From: Balanoglossus misakiensis
Taxonomy: Eukaryota > Animalia > Hemichordata
DNA length: 64,000 bases
NCBI GenBank assembly: GCA_040954595.2
Contig: CM082595.2
Coordinates: 333,690-397,689 of the forward strand
Direction of reading: 5' to 3'
The notes beneath the pieces were generated by a model, which searched no databases, had not been told where the DNA came from, and worked only from the letters and a program-made list of their open reading frames with translations. Below, in pieces: positions 25,601 to 40,600 of this stretch (position 1 is the first letter of the stretch; every line of letters begins with the position of its first letter). The translations under genes were made by a program, and so were the position numbers.

Positions 25601-28600
25601 ACTAAGTATACAATGTCCTTACCAACGGTGTACAGGAGAAGTGATCCACATTGAGGGGATCAATTTCAATTTCCAAAACAACACTTGGTGAGTCAGATCT
25701 GGAAGTAAAAAGTTAGAAATCACATAACAGAATTTTTATATGCTTGTCTAACAACTGCCCTGATTTTTCTTTGAGTAAGCCCAAACACACCTTAATCTGA
25801 TTAAATGGCAATACAATTCATAAGCAGAAACGTGTACAGGCAAGAGGTTTTTTTTTTAAATGTAAAAGCAAACGATGTGTTATGCATACCTCCACTTGAA
25901 CAGTCGACTGATGAGTTTATCATATCCAAGAGCGGCCGCAATGTGAAGCAATGTCATGCCCCGTACAGAATTGGAATAATATAACTCTTGAGTGTCCGAC
26001 CACTGTCTCTTCATCAAACTCTCACAAATGTCAACCAATCGATCTTCAAACGACAAATGATGTCCAACACTGTATTTGGTTTCCTAAATTGAAACACAAG
26101 ACATTAATTCAAACACACATCATATTCAGATGATCTCAAGAATTCACTCAAATTCTCTTCTTCAAACACCTAACATATTAATGAACTACAATTCTTCTTC
26201 AGATGAATTGTTCAATCCCTGAAATGAAGACTTCACAACAAATTCTGTCATCATAAGAAAACAACATAGAATGGTACTATTAAACTTACCTGAGTACTTT
26301 TCTCTTGGCTGTTTTTGTTACTCATTCTTTTCTCAATCTGTTCCAGTCTCTCCAAAATAGCCATCTTGAATTGATTCTCTGTAATTACAACACTCAGATT
26401 TAATAACCCTTTCATAGAAAGCAAGGATCAATGAAGTGATTTGGACTGAACGTCCAAGCCTGTAATAGCTAGCACTGTGTACATTGGGTATGAACAAGTG
26501 TCCTATAAGAAGTCAAATTTTATTACAGGAACAGTTGTCACTTTCACGTACACATGACACCACAGTGTGCATCATAAAGTAAATGTAGTGAATCAAATCA
26601 ATGCTCACCATCTAATGAAAGCCATTCCTGTTGCGTAGAGCGTCTCTGAGGCATACTTCTAGCTTTATATTCAAACATAACAGTTTTTGATGTTATCACT
26701 CCGTTGACAGCAACTTGCAAGGGCACTAAACCATTCTCATGGGCTGTTTGAAAAAGAATATGACCAATATTAAAAGTTATGGCAGCATTTGATGAGAAAG
26801 AGTACGTGCTGTGAACTCTAATTCACTATCAGTTTTCTGGTTCAATGGAGGTCTGTCTGAATGATGTACATTCTGATCGGATATTTTTGCAGATTGATGG
26901 TTTCAGGCAGAAATATTTCACTTTACAATTAAGCCACACATCTCACTGTATCTTCCCAGTTCAATTAGTGAAACTGCTAACCTAAACCACTGTCTTCATC
27001 ACATTCTCACTATGGTTTGTTCTGTCTTTAATCACAAATTTGTTGATGTCAATATTTACCTGGGCAGTAACATCTAAGTACACCATTCTGCACCAAAGCG
27101 GCAGGAACACTGAATCCGTGAAAGAGACAAGAATAGACAGCTGTGGTTGAACTCCATGGACCAGTCACCAATACCTTGATACCACCCTGTGACAGACATT
27201 CAGAAATGATGCTAAGAATTTGACATGACAAGAAGCACAGTCGTCTGTCTTCATGGTACATGATTTCGAGAACAATTTCTTTTCTTTTTTTCTGCTGGTG
27301 AGATAACTCGACAAGTCAAAGTTTTCACAATGGATACAATGAAAGTACATGTATGCTATATCTACATACAGAAGTCTAACGTTAAATTCTTTTTGTTGAC
27401 ATAGACAATTGAAACAAACATAAACAAAAACAAGAACATATGTACCCTACATATATAAACTGTACCAACCTCTGGATATGACCAATCTGGACAGAAATCA
27501 GTCACCTCTACAAGTTCATCATTTCTTCGGCTGCTGAGTGATGCTACCGGACCATCATCACTCTGTGCTCCGCCCAGAAAATCTGCACTCTCTTGGCTGT
27601 TCAGAGCAAAACCCTGTTGTTGGCGATCCTCATGGCTCTCTTCAAGAGGGAAGGCTCTGTTATCCTGGGAATCTCCTTCCTGGCTGCCTATCCCGCTGGA
27701 CGACTGACCGGAATGTTGAAGTTGCGGAAGAAGATCGGCTAACTGGCTGTCCAGCATATCAAAGGCCTCAAAACTGCTGAAATCCATCTCTGTAGAGTTT
27801 TGATGTGTCAGTAGATCCAAAGAGTCCAGCGAATTCTCTTCTAAAGAGTTCTGGGAAGATTCTCTCAAATTGGCCATCAAGGTTTGATGAATCTCATCAG
27901 TTGTCATTTCAAAGTTGCTCATGTCCCTCTGCTCTGATTGGTTGCTGCAGCCGCCAATCATTGGCATTAGACTAGAAGTGCTCTGCGATTGGTTAGATGG
28001 GCTGCCACTCACTGGCAGCTGGAAAGGTGATTGGTTGATGATGTCTGCATTGCTGGTGTCCATCTGGTTGTTAGAAAAAGTAACGGTTGCATTTCCTTGA
28101 AAGCAATCAGATGCAGAGGTACTGAATGTGCTCTTTGAGATATCGTCTGAGTATCGGATACTGTTGCTACTTGTTACTATTGCACTATGCTGACTAGAAG
28201 TTTGTTGTCTGATGCCGCAATCCATCGCATTCTGGCTGTCATTGCCGCTGTTATTCAGTTTTCCGTCTTGGAAAACCACCGCCACCTGGTCGCCTAGATG
28301 TTGCTTGTTTTCTTGGGTGTTTTGGGGGATGGGTGTGTTGTTGTTAGTGCAGGATGTGAGTGTGATGATGCTTCCACACGCTGAGCATGAAGATGGTGAG
28401 CTGCCTTCCTGTTTGACGTAAGTCTGGGTTAATGTACTCTGAGGTGTTGATTGATTCGGCAGCGACGTCACCATCACGGTGTTGGGGTTCTGGTGGGTCA
28501 CAGTCACAGGGAGTGAGGTCACAGTGTTGGCCTGCAGCCCAGTGTTAGCCAGTCCGTTTCTGGCCCCGAGTAATAGCGTGCCTTTGCCAGCCGGGTTGGA

Positions 28601-31600
28601 TTGAGTGATAATGCCTGGCTTCACCGTTCCTGGGAGACTCATGAGAACATTCTGTGTTGGCTGAGCGATGTTGTTGGTAATGATACGAGTAATTTGAGGC
28701 ACGGATTGCCCTGATGAATTGAGGGAAATGGTGTTGGTTGTTGGCACACAGGTCAATGTCAGTACTGGGTTTGTATGTGTCATTTGCTGTGTCTCTCCAT
28801 TCACTGTCTGCTTCGCGGGCGTTACAAGCACTTGCACAGTTTTGGTGTTTGTACTCTGTAGATGACCGGTCATGGTGGTGGCTGGAATAGTGGTCACCCT
28901 CTGGCCGAAAGGGACAGCGAAGTTGGTGAAGCTGACCGGCTGCATTGATGTAGTCATTGTGTTGACACAACCAGAAACTGCAACATGACAACAGAAACAA
29001 ATGACATCTGTTAATAAAATGAAAATCAATATGAACTGGTTTCACTGGTGGGAAAATAGATCTTACAACCAGAAATACAGGCAAGTGTGAGGATACAAGT
29101 TTTGTGAAAACTCACCTGCAGTGGTACATGTTGTAATGCTGACAGGTGACAGTACGTTTGGTTGTATGGGTTGGCCTTTGCTGTCTGTTATTCCGTTCAT
29201 CGTATGTCGAGTTGACGAGCCCGGAACATGACAGACGCAGGTGTGCGTTGCTGAAGACTTGTGTTTGGAAGAGTTCTGGCAGAGAATCTGATCCACGAGT
29301 AACTCCACAGCATTGTTGTCCTAAAATGTGATCAGAAAGATTGCTGTAAAATCTTGCATGTATTCTTTGGGTCGCTGTGAGCCATGAAATATCAATTTGT
29401 GTGCAATCTGCTGAACATGGCAATACAAACCACCAGTTTGTAGTTTAAGAAATCAATCACATGATCATCACAAAACACAATCAAATGCATTTTTGACATT
29501 TATGTCAGTAACAATTTGCAAGTATATTCTACTTCCAATTGGCACAGAGAGTTTGACCGGTGGCCAATAATTCCTGCAGAAGATTATCTTAATATTCTTG
29601 TTAGAGCTAAAAATGGTTTTGAACTCACAAGTATGCTGTCCTTCCCGTTGACAGGCAAATGAACTCCAGAAACTGAAAGAAAGACATCAAATCACATAAA
29701 CATCTATGTAAAGTCAAATCTGTCTATAACAGCATGTCATGGGACTTTTCTACACTGGCCTTTATAGACAGGTGGCCTTTATATACATCTCAATTAATGT
29801 TCATGAAAACTGCACAGGTTTCAGACTGCAGACTACGAACTTACTGAATCTTACAGTGACAACCAGCTTGACAACATTCAACAACACTATATACTCACAC
29901 ATTGGTTTAATCTGATCAATCAAATCTTTCCTTGTCCATTGTTCTTGCTCTATGCTGGTGTAGATCGACAACGCGCTCGTCTTGGGTTCATCTGGGGATG
30001 GGGCATTCAGATAGTGAAGCAGCACAGTGTCGGGATTCTGTAGCAACCAATAGGATCTTCTATGGAAAGTCGGCACGACTGCCGAGTGTACATAGCAACC
30101 ATATATACACTGTGAAAGATGAAAACAGTGACATTCATTATATGTTCTCAGTTTCAAGGATTAATGAAATCCAGGGGCAATGAATGACACGGTTTATACA
30201 TGGTTTAATAAGATCCTAAAAGTTGACTTGAGCTTGGCTATCCACAATGTAACCTGTCATTACGAACACCTCTCAAATCAGAAAACCTGTCTATTAAGGC
30301 TATCCCCTGTGTGGTCAATTTGTCGTGATTTAAATTTGATTTCTTGTGACTTCATACCTCCACTCCATTAACTTTCAATTTCATGTGATCCTCTCGAGTT
30401 GTTTTGCCATCTTTTCTTTTTTTCCAACAGAATCCATCGCGACGATACGACTTCATCTGTTTCCTGTTGACGAGCAGCATGCAACCACTCCGCGGCCTGA
30501 AAATCAAGGAAGAGATACAAATTTCATTTTTTCTGATATTAACTGACTGCTCTTCATCAAATCCATCACACACCACTTGTTCTCTGACCAATCATCTGCA
30601 AACGAATGTCACAGGGGGCGCTGTTTAACTTGTGGGACTTCTTGAAAAGCTTTGCTGCAGAATACTGATAGTATATGCAATTAGTGTATCGGCACACGTA
30701 CTGAAGCCGGCAATGGTTACCCTGGGAAATAGTGGCCATTAATAAAAGATGGTGTTCAAGTTCTCCCACAGTACATTCTATTTCTCATGTATGCTGCAGC
30801 TGTCAACAGCTCTTCACTGAACCCTGTTCTACTTTTATACTACACTCCAATTTCAAAGATGTACTCAGCCATTATAGGATCAAAATCTACAATTTCTTCT
30901 GGTTTCAACAACTTTATCCCCAAGGCACTTCTGTTTGAATACTTGCTGTCGACAACAGATGTATCATAAAGTCAAAATGTACCAATAGTGATGGAGATGC
31001 CACAAAATGCAAATATCATGTGCATTATTTATCAACTGTAATACCTTTCTATAATGAATTCCTATGATTGCTATAACATCAGGGGTTTCGCTAAAATTTG
31101 AAGTAGAGGGCCATATTGGCAAAGTAGGGGGCCAATTATGCGGGGCCGGGGACATGTTGACCTTTGACCCCCCATCATGTTGACCTTGGACCCCCCCCCC
31201 CCCCTTCGGCGGTAAAAACTGAACGGTCCCTAAAGCAATGATTTCTGTCCTGATAAAATCGACAAATTACTGATGGAAATTACGGTTCTGCTGCTGAAAA
31301 AAAAACTCAAAAAACGCCTGCCGTTTTTGCTTCTTTTTGACACCACTAATTGCCCTGAACATCGATCTCAGGGGTGTCTGCCGCGGCCGTCTGTACAAGT
31401 ATTCTGCAGACGCGCGGATACAAATACCCCCGGTACATGGCATGACCTCTAACAAAAGTTGCTACATCTTTTGTCAAGTTTTAGATATTTTGTTGCGACC
31501 GGAACGCTGAGCTGCGTTAGTTGTTGCAATTTGTGCGTTACTACGTCAATGATACTATTTATAGGACGCCTGTCTAAAGATAACTGGTGCGCTGAGTGAA

Positions 31601-34600
31601 ATGGGCAACGCGTACTGTTTCACGATCTGGTGAAATGCGATCGTGACTCGCGGTTTTCCAGGAGTTTCAAGGAGAAATTTTGAATTTCCAGGAGATTTCA
31701 GGAGTTTCCAGGAGCGTACGAACCCTTATTTATGAGCGTGAAAGAGTATAAAAATAAAAATAACCCTAATGGGTTAAGGAAAAGTAGACGGCCAGTTCAG
31801 TGCAAGTACCCGGCCAATTGGCCGGTGGCCGGCGCTTAGCGAAAACCCTGAACATCAAATAAATTATTCAGTGTCAATAGTGAAAAGTTCTACAAAAGAC
31901 TGAAAAGATGATGGGAGAATTATTACACAAGTTATAAATGATTCATTATAATGGTTTGCGTGGGAGTCAGTGATCATGTTCCTGAAAGTTTAACTATTTT
32001 TCTGTCAGTTTTGGCTGTACCTGAATGTTGGTGGAGTGAGCAATGGATGGACGGAGGGACAGAGGGATGGATGGATGGATGGATGGACGGACAGAGGGAT
32101 GGATGGACGGAGGGACAGAGGGATGGATGGACGGAGGGACAGAGGGATGGATGGACGGAGGGACAGAGGGATGGATGGACAGAGGGATGGATGGATGGAT
32201 GGACAGAGGGACAGAGGGATGGATGGACGGAGGGACAGAGGGATGGATGGACGGAGGGACAGAGGGATGGATGGACAGAGGGACAGAGGGATGGATGGAC
32301 GGAGGGACAGAGGGATGGATGGACGGAGGGACAGAGGGACAGAGGGATGGATGGACGGAGGGACAGAGGGATGGATGGATGGAGGGACAGAGGGATGGAT
32401 GGACGGAGGGACAGAGGGACAGAGGGATGGATGGACGGAGGGACAGAGGGATGGATGGACGGAGGGACAGAGGGATGGATGGATGGATGGACAGAGGGAC
32501 AGAGGGATGGATGGACGGAGGGACAGAGGGATGGATGGACGGAGGGACAGAGGGATGGATGGACAGAGGGACAGAGGGATGGATGGACGGAGGGACAGAG
32601 GGACGGAGGGACAGAGGGATGGATGGATGGATGGACAGAGGGATGGATGGACGGAGGGACAGAGGGATGGATGGACGGAGGGACAGAGGGACGGAGGGAC
32701 AGAGGGACAGAGGGATGGATGGACGGAGGGACAGAGGGACGGAGGGACAGAGGGACAGAGGGATGGATGGACGGAGGGACAGAGGGACGGAGGGACAGAG
32801 GGATGGATGGACGGAGGGACAGAGGGATGGATGGACGGAGGGACAGAGGGATGGATGGACGGAGGGACAGAGGGATGGATGGACAGAGGGATGGATGGAT
32901 GGATGGACAGAGGGACAGAGGGATGGATGGACGGAGGGACAGAGGGATGGATGGACGGAGGGACAGAGGGATGGATGGACAGAGGGACAGAGGGATGGAT
33001 GGACGGAGGGACAGAGGGATGGATGGACAGAGGGACAGAGGGATGGATGGACGGAGGGACAGAGGGATGGATGGACGGAGGGACAGAGGGATGGATGGAC
33101 AGAGGGACAGAGGGATGGATGGACGGAGGGACAGAGGGATGGATGGACAGAGGGACAGAGGGATGGATGGACGGAGGGACAGAGGGACGGAGGGACAGAG
33201 GGATGGATGGACGGAGGGACAGAGGGATGGATGGACGGAGGGACAGAGGGATGGATGGACAGAGGGATGGATGGATGGATGGACAGAGGGACAGAGGGAT
33301 GGATGGACGGAGGGACAGAGGGATGGATGGACGGAGGGACAGAGGGATGGATGGACAGAGGGACAGAGGGATGGATGGACGGAGGGACAGAGGGACGGAG
33401 GGACAGAGGGATGGATGGATGGATGGACAGAGGGATGGATGGACGGAGGGACAGAGGGATGGATGGACGGAGGGACAGAGGGATGGATGGACGGAGGGAC
33501 AGAGGGATGGATGGACGGAGGGACAGAGGGATGGATGGACGGAGGGACAGAGGGACGGAGGGACAGAGGGATGGATGGATGGATGGACAGAGGGATGGAT
33601 GGACGGAGGGACAGAGGGATGGATGGACGGATGGACAGAGGGATGGATGGATGGATGGACAGAGGGATGGATGGACGGAGGGACAGAGGGATGGATGGAC
33701 GGATGGACAGAGGGATGGATGGACGGAGGGACAGAGGGATGGATGGACGGAGGGACAGAGGGATGGATGGACGGAGGGACAGAGGGATGGATGGATGGAC
33801 GGATGGACGGACATGGGTGGATGAACTATTGCGTGGATTGATAGATAGATGCATACATAATACACAAGCAGGGAACGGACAGATGAATGACTGTACAAAC
33901 AAACAAATGCATCAATAAACAAACGAGCCATCAGAAAAAACAGCCTTGGAACCAGTGACGGAGGTTATAGCTTATATCACATTATCCCCAATCACGACAT
34001 GCATAGATACGTCATCTTCTAATAATATGACTCTTCAAACAGCCCATGAACACACAATGCTGTATTTGGTAAATCAAGTTATTTTCCTCATCAAAATATT
34101 TACATTCCCTGTTCATGATTCTTTGAGGACAACACTGCACAGGAAGAAAATTGAATCGGCTTCTTAATTTGGTCAGAAAATTAAGATACCAGAGAGTGAT
34201 ATAGAATACCAAGGGTTTGAACTTCTAGCCTCTCTGTGTTTAATATAATATGATTGACAATGCCCTTGGCAAACTATCAACAACTCTCTATTGCACGGAG
34301 TTACTATTATTAGCAGAGTTTAAATTAGATCAGTATATCCATCCATGGTAGATTCGTTCTGCTGACGGCCATCAGAAAATCAGTTTCAACTAGAACAACT
34401 CAACAGGGAAGAATATTTCTTCTGTTAAAAACTTTTAACTCACCTCTCCACCTTCTCTGTTGTCAGCCATTCTTTGTGTCTGTCAAAACTCAGAAGGTAT
34501 GCTGCAATTTCCTGTTGAAAGAAAACAGAGAAAAGACAATATTTTAATGCATTACCTCATCAAGTTTAGTAGCTTATATCAAAAGTGGCAGAGATCACCC

Positions 34601-37600
34601 CTTTCAATGGCTTAGATGAAATCCCAGATAACATCAGCCACAAATTATGATGAGGAAAGTGGCACACATTTGATCTCCACACTTCTCTTTCTGTTAAGAT
34701 TTTCTGAAATTCATTTCAAAGGTTATCTGTCCTGGCTCCCATGAGGAATTGAGTATCTAACTCAAACAGGATGTAATAACTAGTTGCTATGACAACTTCA
34801 AAAGTATACATTAATCTCATCCATTTCTTAATTACCTCCGCCTAAAAGGAGCAGCCTTTAGTCAGATTATAATTGTTGTCAGTACGCACTGATGTTATGA
34901 TCTTAATAGCCAAGACAGCATATCAGATAATGTCTGATTATGACTGACACGCATGAGCATAAAAGCTGACCAACAGACAAAAATTGCAAGTGACCTGGTC
35001 TTTGCCATGCTGTTTCATATTTACCGATAGACTCCCATGTCATCACACTATCACACTGATACATGACACAACCCCAACATGGGCTTTAATTCCTTTTAAC
35101 AGCTACCAGTATTTGCAAGATACAGAAAATTGGGCCAAAGTACCTGGCATATTATTTGAAGGATTGAAGTTACAAATTGATCCTTCTTGCTTAACTAGTA
35201 GCAAGCACGTATCTATTTCCAAGGTGATAAGTTTTCACTTAACTACACATCAAAACCAAATTTGAAATGACATTTAAGCACTCAATAGTCATTAACTTAG
35301 TGGTAATTAAATGTTATCAGCTAGTCTAATTTAAACCTTGTCACAAATGTGTCTTGATAATTAGCTGGTAGGTTATTACAACTCTAATGGAAAAGTCAGC
35401 CAACAGCGACAAAAACAAACATAATAGTCATAAGTTATTTTGTTTTACTTCTTTATTAAAATTATCTGAAGTTTCCTAACGTAGGAGTTATTCTTTTACA
35501 TGCCATCTCCATACAAAAGAGGTCTTAAATTGGACGGAGTATTTTAGGAGATAAATGAACAACCAATAGCAAAGAATGTTTTGCTCTGTTGGACATTATA
35601 TCCGATCCATCTGGAATCTAAATACAGAATACCAAGTGCGACCCCCAAAACAAATATGAGTGCAAACTGCTTCATCTTTCATTGGCTTTTTGTATCTGCA
35701 AGCAATCACTGTAAAATGATCCGCTAACCAAATTCCCATATACTCTATCTGTTGTCTGCATATCTGGACGTTCACAGTCACATAGCCATCACACGGGGGT
35801 TTCCATTACACAATGTTTTAGCATGTTGCACTGCATGTCTACACCAGATATCTATCACATCATTATCTGCATAATTTTAGAAGTGTCATTTATGCCAACT
35901 ATTCACAGCCCCATATTAACACAGCTTATATGTAACAGATTGGCTCAGCCATTTTAAGTCTAGGCATAAATTCATTTGTCAACGATGTGGCACATCCAAA
36001 ATCTATTTGTTGATAAGTATAATTGATTTTTCTAGCAAGCCACAAGAGAGGAACAAAACTTGATACAACAAAACAAATGCAGTGAAAAAATACCAAAAGT
36101 TACTGCTACTTTAAATGTAGCTATAAGACAAACGAAACGTCTCATCAGGCCTCGTTTATTCTGATAATGAACTTATTATCAGATGACATTGATCACTTAT
36201 TGCAAGTTCATTCTGGGACACTCAGAGCAAAGCGCTGTCTACTTTTATCGAGTACCAGCTTGTGCTTTTCTGGCCGTTTTGGAACTGACCCATCATAATT
36301 ATTTTACAGACCGGAAACTGTGGGTGCATAAAAAGAAACAGAGAGGAAATCAAATAACCTATTGCAAGTGGAAGTAGTATGTTATCCCAGTATTGTGTAT
36401 GTGATGTAGTGTTTTGACTATCACGGTTGCCATTTCATTAACTGCTATAAAGAGAGCTATTCAACCAGATGTCACGTCAGAGTTTCTCATGAAACAACCA
36501 TATTGCACCCCCTACTGTCCAAGAAATGCTTGCCTTTGGCAAAACTCACTCTTCAGTCACAAATATCTGCTGGTAAATTTAGCGAAAGAAATTTAAGAAA
36601 ACAACCACACATACACACACTGTGCTCTGTACACTGTTCCCCTGTCTACTTTTCATTCTGTCAAATCTCGTCTAATCTCATCTAATCATCAACCCACTCT
36701 CTGCACCTCTCTCCTTGACACAGCAATGTCAGCAGGTCATCAGAGAGTGAAGCATTTCAATTATCTGCTCGTTGGAATTATCTGGCAGTCAAGCAGTCCT
36801 CTCTTTACAGATGTTGATTTGATCTTACAAACTAGAAACGAGTAGAGAATGTTACACTGCATTAATTTGGATGATGTACTGCGACATACTTGTCCAGATA
36901 GGAATATATGTAGTGGTATTCATCACATCCAAGAATCTAGTTATGACAACCCAATGGGAAAAGTCATTCTTATCAGAGGCACAATTCACTGTTGGCGAAC
37001 ATGCACCAAAACCACTCTAATTTTCAACTAATGCTTCCCTCTGACAAGATGATATCGCCATGACAGCCATCTCCAAGGTGATGCCATTGTCACCATCACA
37101 TTATGACGTCTATCCACAGGTTTCAGACTAACAACAACACGGTACTAACTTCTTATAATCACTTGGCTTCAGGAAATGTTCCAGGCAGGTTTTCGTCTGA
37201 AAAATGCTAAAAGTTCGGTCCAAAAAGATGATTTCTCATGTCTGCAAGTCTGTCTACGACAAGTCTGTCAAAATCACTGAGTAAAGTTTGTATCACATAC
37301 AGCATGGCTTACAAAACAAGAATGAAACAAAATCAATATGCCGAGGCATAGCCGAAGAGAAACTGTTAACGTTTGTCTGTCACTCAAAAAAAAAAGCTTT
37401 TAATTCAGGAGCTGACGTATTTGAAAGCTGGCTTTGACATTTTTTCCAGAGAACACCATGTAAAACAGCCAATACTTTATTGGCGACATTTAGAAAACAT
37501 CATCTGACCAGCACAGCATACTGTTGGTTACCGGGTTATTTTATGCAGTTCTTATATTTCAGAAGGGAGATGTATTGGCTCGAATATCTCGACACACACT

Positions 37601-40600
37601 TCTTTGATGGCAGAAAACACCATACACTGTCAATACCTCATTCACACCTGAATGATATTATCTTCATTGATATTCTGTAGCAGATACAACTGTAAGCTCA
37701 TATCTTTTCTTACTTCATACATAACCTGATAATAATCCATTTCTAAAGAACACAGATGGGACATCATGTCATGTCTTTCCGTTTGAATGGTAAATAACCC
37801 ATTAAAAACAGGTAGCTTGCTGTGTATGAATGGAGAGTTTGAAATCAGCGATATGCACCAATTTCAGGACTAGTTATTTCCATCCATAAAATACACATGC
37901 CAGCTATTTTCCTTTTATTTCAAACTGCTGTAATGAGTTTTTTTTTCTCTCGTGGGTAATCAGTAGCACAATTCCATCTCCAATCAATGATCCATTACAC
38001 CTCCATTTCTATGACATCAGCAACACTACAAGGTGGCGTCAATCGCACAGGTTGTCGTGGTAACAATCACTTGTTGCCGTGGCAATGGAGTGATGTAAGC
38101 TTGCCTTTATGTGGTTGTGTTCGTTCCACCGAGGAACAAATGTCTGTTTTATATTCCAACCTTCTTCAAAGAAGGGCAAACAGGACACACGGCCAAATAT
38201 GACATGTTCACCTTCAACGTGTGTTTATCATTTCTGTGCATGTATTTATGACAAGGTGAAGCAATAAGGGCATCACTAGAAAACAAAACAGCAGCCATTA
38301 ATGACTATTACTACACCAACCATGTTTGCAATATAATTGAAAATTGATTTTTCACAAGATCAACAATATTTTCATCAAAAGAAACAGTTGTCATGACTTG
38401 AATATTTGTGTATAAGGTGAATCAAAAATTATGAATATTAAATGACAAAATAATCAATATTGCTGTGTTTAATCTAATCAATTTTATTATTTCCCTTACA
38501 AATCAATAATATTAATTCAAAAATATAGATTTTACACCAAAACATATATATACATAAAGAGGCTTTGAACCACACCATATGCACAAAGAAAAAAGTACAT
38601 GTATTGGTCGTTAAAAGGTATGGTTGCCATGGTAATGATTATCATTATTATTATGTTAGTGCTGTTCTGTCAATAATAGTACAAAAGAAATGACAAGTCA
38701 TTGACAGTTTACATGGCTATTATGACTTTTGCAAACTTCAAAATTCATCTTTCAGGGAAACCCCAGAAACAGTAAAGCTCGCCAAAAGAAATTACTGCAA
38801 TATTATTCACCATAAAGACTTGGAAAAAGTAGGTCACTACACAGAGATCAAGACCTCTCTGACATTATAAATAATTTCTTTTTTGTCAAATCACTGGATA
38901 ACACTGAAAACGGAAGAAAAACTGCCAGGTAATCAAGATAAACGAGATAGAATACATGTGCGCCTTTCTTTAATCATGATCAAATTTAGAAACCGATTCC
39001 GGACAACACAGCAGGTTGAGTCTTTCATTTTGCAATTCATAAGCCATAATTGGAGAGACCCTTGGCAATACCAGATTTGTCCTATAATTAGAGTTGGCAA
39101 TCACTTGGTCTAGAATGGACTGGCTCCTTTGAGTAACTGTAATGTTGCCTATAAATCATTTGCACGTCAATGCACTAACCTTGAGAATTAGGTCTGTTTC
39201 TTTTAATGCTGGATCTATTCAGGTAAATCTGGTTAAAATGAGAAAAGCTTCCCTGATCAAATGTATCTATACCGTGTTGTAAAAAGGCCATTTGTTATTT
39301 TATACCACAATACAGGAATGATGACAAATGATTCTAACACGTACAGAAAGACAGACATTTGCTTTCTCGCTTAATCTGTGTGAAAAATATGAGTGTGTGA
39401 CATGAGTATGAAAGAGCAATTATGACATACAAGTGTCTATTTAAATCATTACAAACAACGGATATGGCAATGGTAGCAAACAAAACTCGGTACAATGTAT
39501 CTTATATGAATGCAGAAAACCTGAACTTGTTATGACAAACCATGACATTGGTTCCTGCAGTTTTTAAAACCTAATTTAGTTCAATTTGGCAGGTTTTTTG
39601 CTTTCCCTTGTGTGTAACGGCCGATCAAATGAGTGAACACTGATCCTGTCCAGACTGTTTGCACCAACTAGTATAATTCTATCACGCAAAAGACCATTCT
39701 CAAATATGCCTTTGCTCATGGATGTCTTACTGAGGACATTTTTTTTTTCTTAAGGACAGATTTTCTGTTCCTGTAAGGTGTCCTTAATTGATAAGGTTTC
39801 ATTGCAATCTGAATAAAAGTATCGGTTGATATTTCTCAAGCATCACTGACGAGCTTTGGTATCATCCATCTCATCATTTGATCCTCAACAGGAAAGAGAA
39901 GTTCCTGGAGATGACGGCATAGATTCCTGGTTTCTATGAATAGGTCTGAATACTTGGTATATGCGAGATTAAGATCTATGTTGTTCAGAGCGTATCTGTG
40001 TGAGTGTGCCGATTTCTTTAGTTAAAACTGCTTCTAAATGTCACAGTAAATCACTCCAGGATAAGATGCTCTCAGGGCATTTCAAGATCCTTCTGATATA
40101 TAAATGTCACTGCAACCAATTAGGCAAAGGAGATGCATGTCTTCAATTCTTTCTTCGTGGCTTTTTTCAAAAGGAGGAAATACTTTCAAACTAGATTGAT
40201 ATCTTTTTCTCTCTCATAACCACCGGTGTTACTGGACTAAAAATAAGTCTTGTCACTTCGCTGTGTGTGCCTTCGATTATTCACTCTTGGGAATAAATAG
40301 AGCAAAAACTTCAAAGGTTTGGAGGACTATAATTTTTCTGAAAATAAATCCCCGAGACACATAATACCTTAACCCTTTAACCACCATGGTCTGGCCCAAA
40401 TTCATTGTTTTCTATGATAAACCTGGACCTCTGTAGAGGCAACTGGGGGGTGACAGGGTGAAAGTCAGCTCAGATCAGAAGCAACCACGTCTGGCATCCA
40501 ACCACTGTGTAATCAGCACAACACAGCCACCATTTGGAAAAGATAGCCGTCAGTCTGATAAATGCCATGAAGGAAAGTGATCGCTGCATGATTGCTCAGG

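Noticed and set aside
30545-30596. Possible extra CAMTA exon upstream of exon 4 (tttgcag|ATGATT...)
   Set aside because: It would create a stop at once (AG|A TGA), the donor is weak, and the residual intron would be only ~50 nt. Exons 3 and 4 join perfectly without it.
30608-30623. CTCF-like motif TCACAGGGGGCGCTG
   Set aside because: A single partial match with no supporting evidence.
31951-33931. Five overlapping ~600-aa ORFs
   Set aside because: The tetramer words cannot form stop codons; this is an intronic microsatellite, not a gene.
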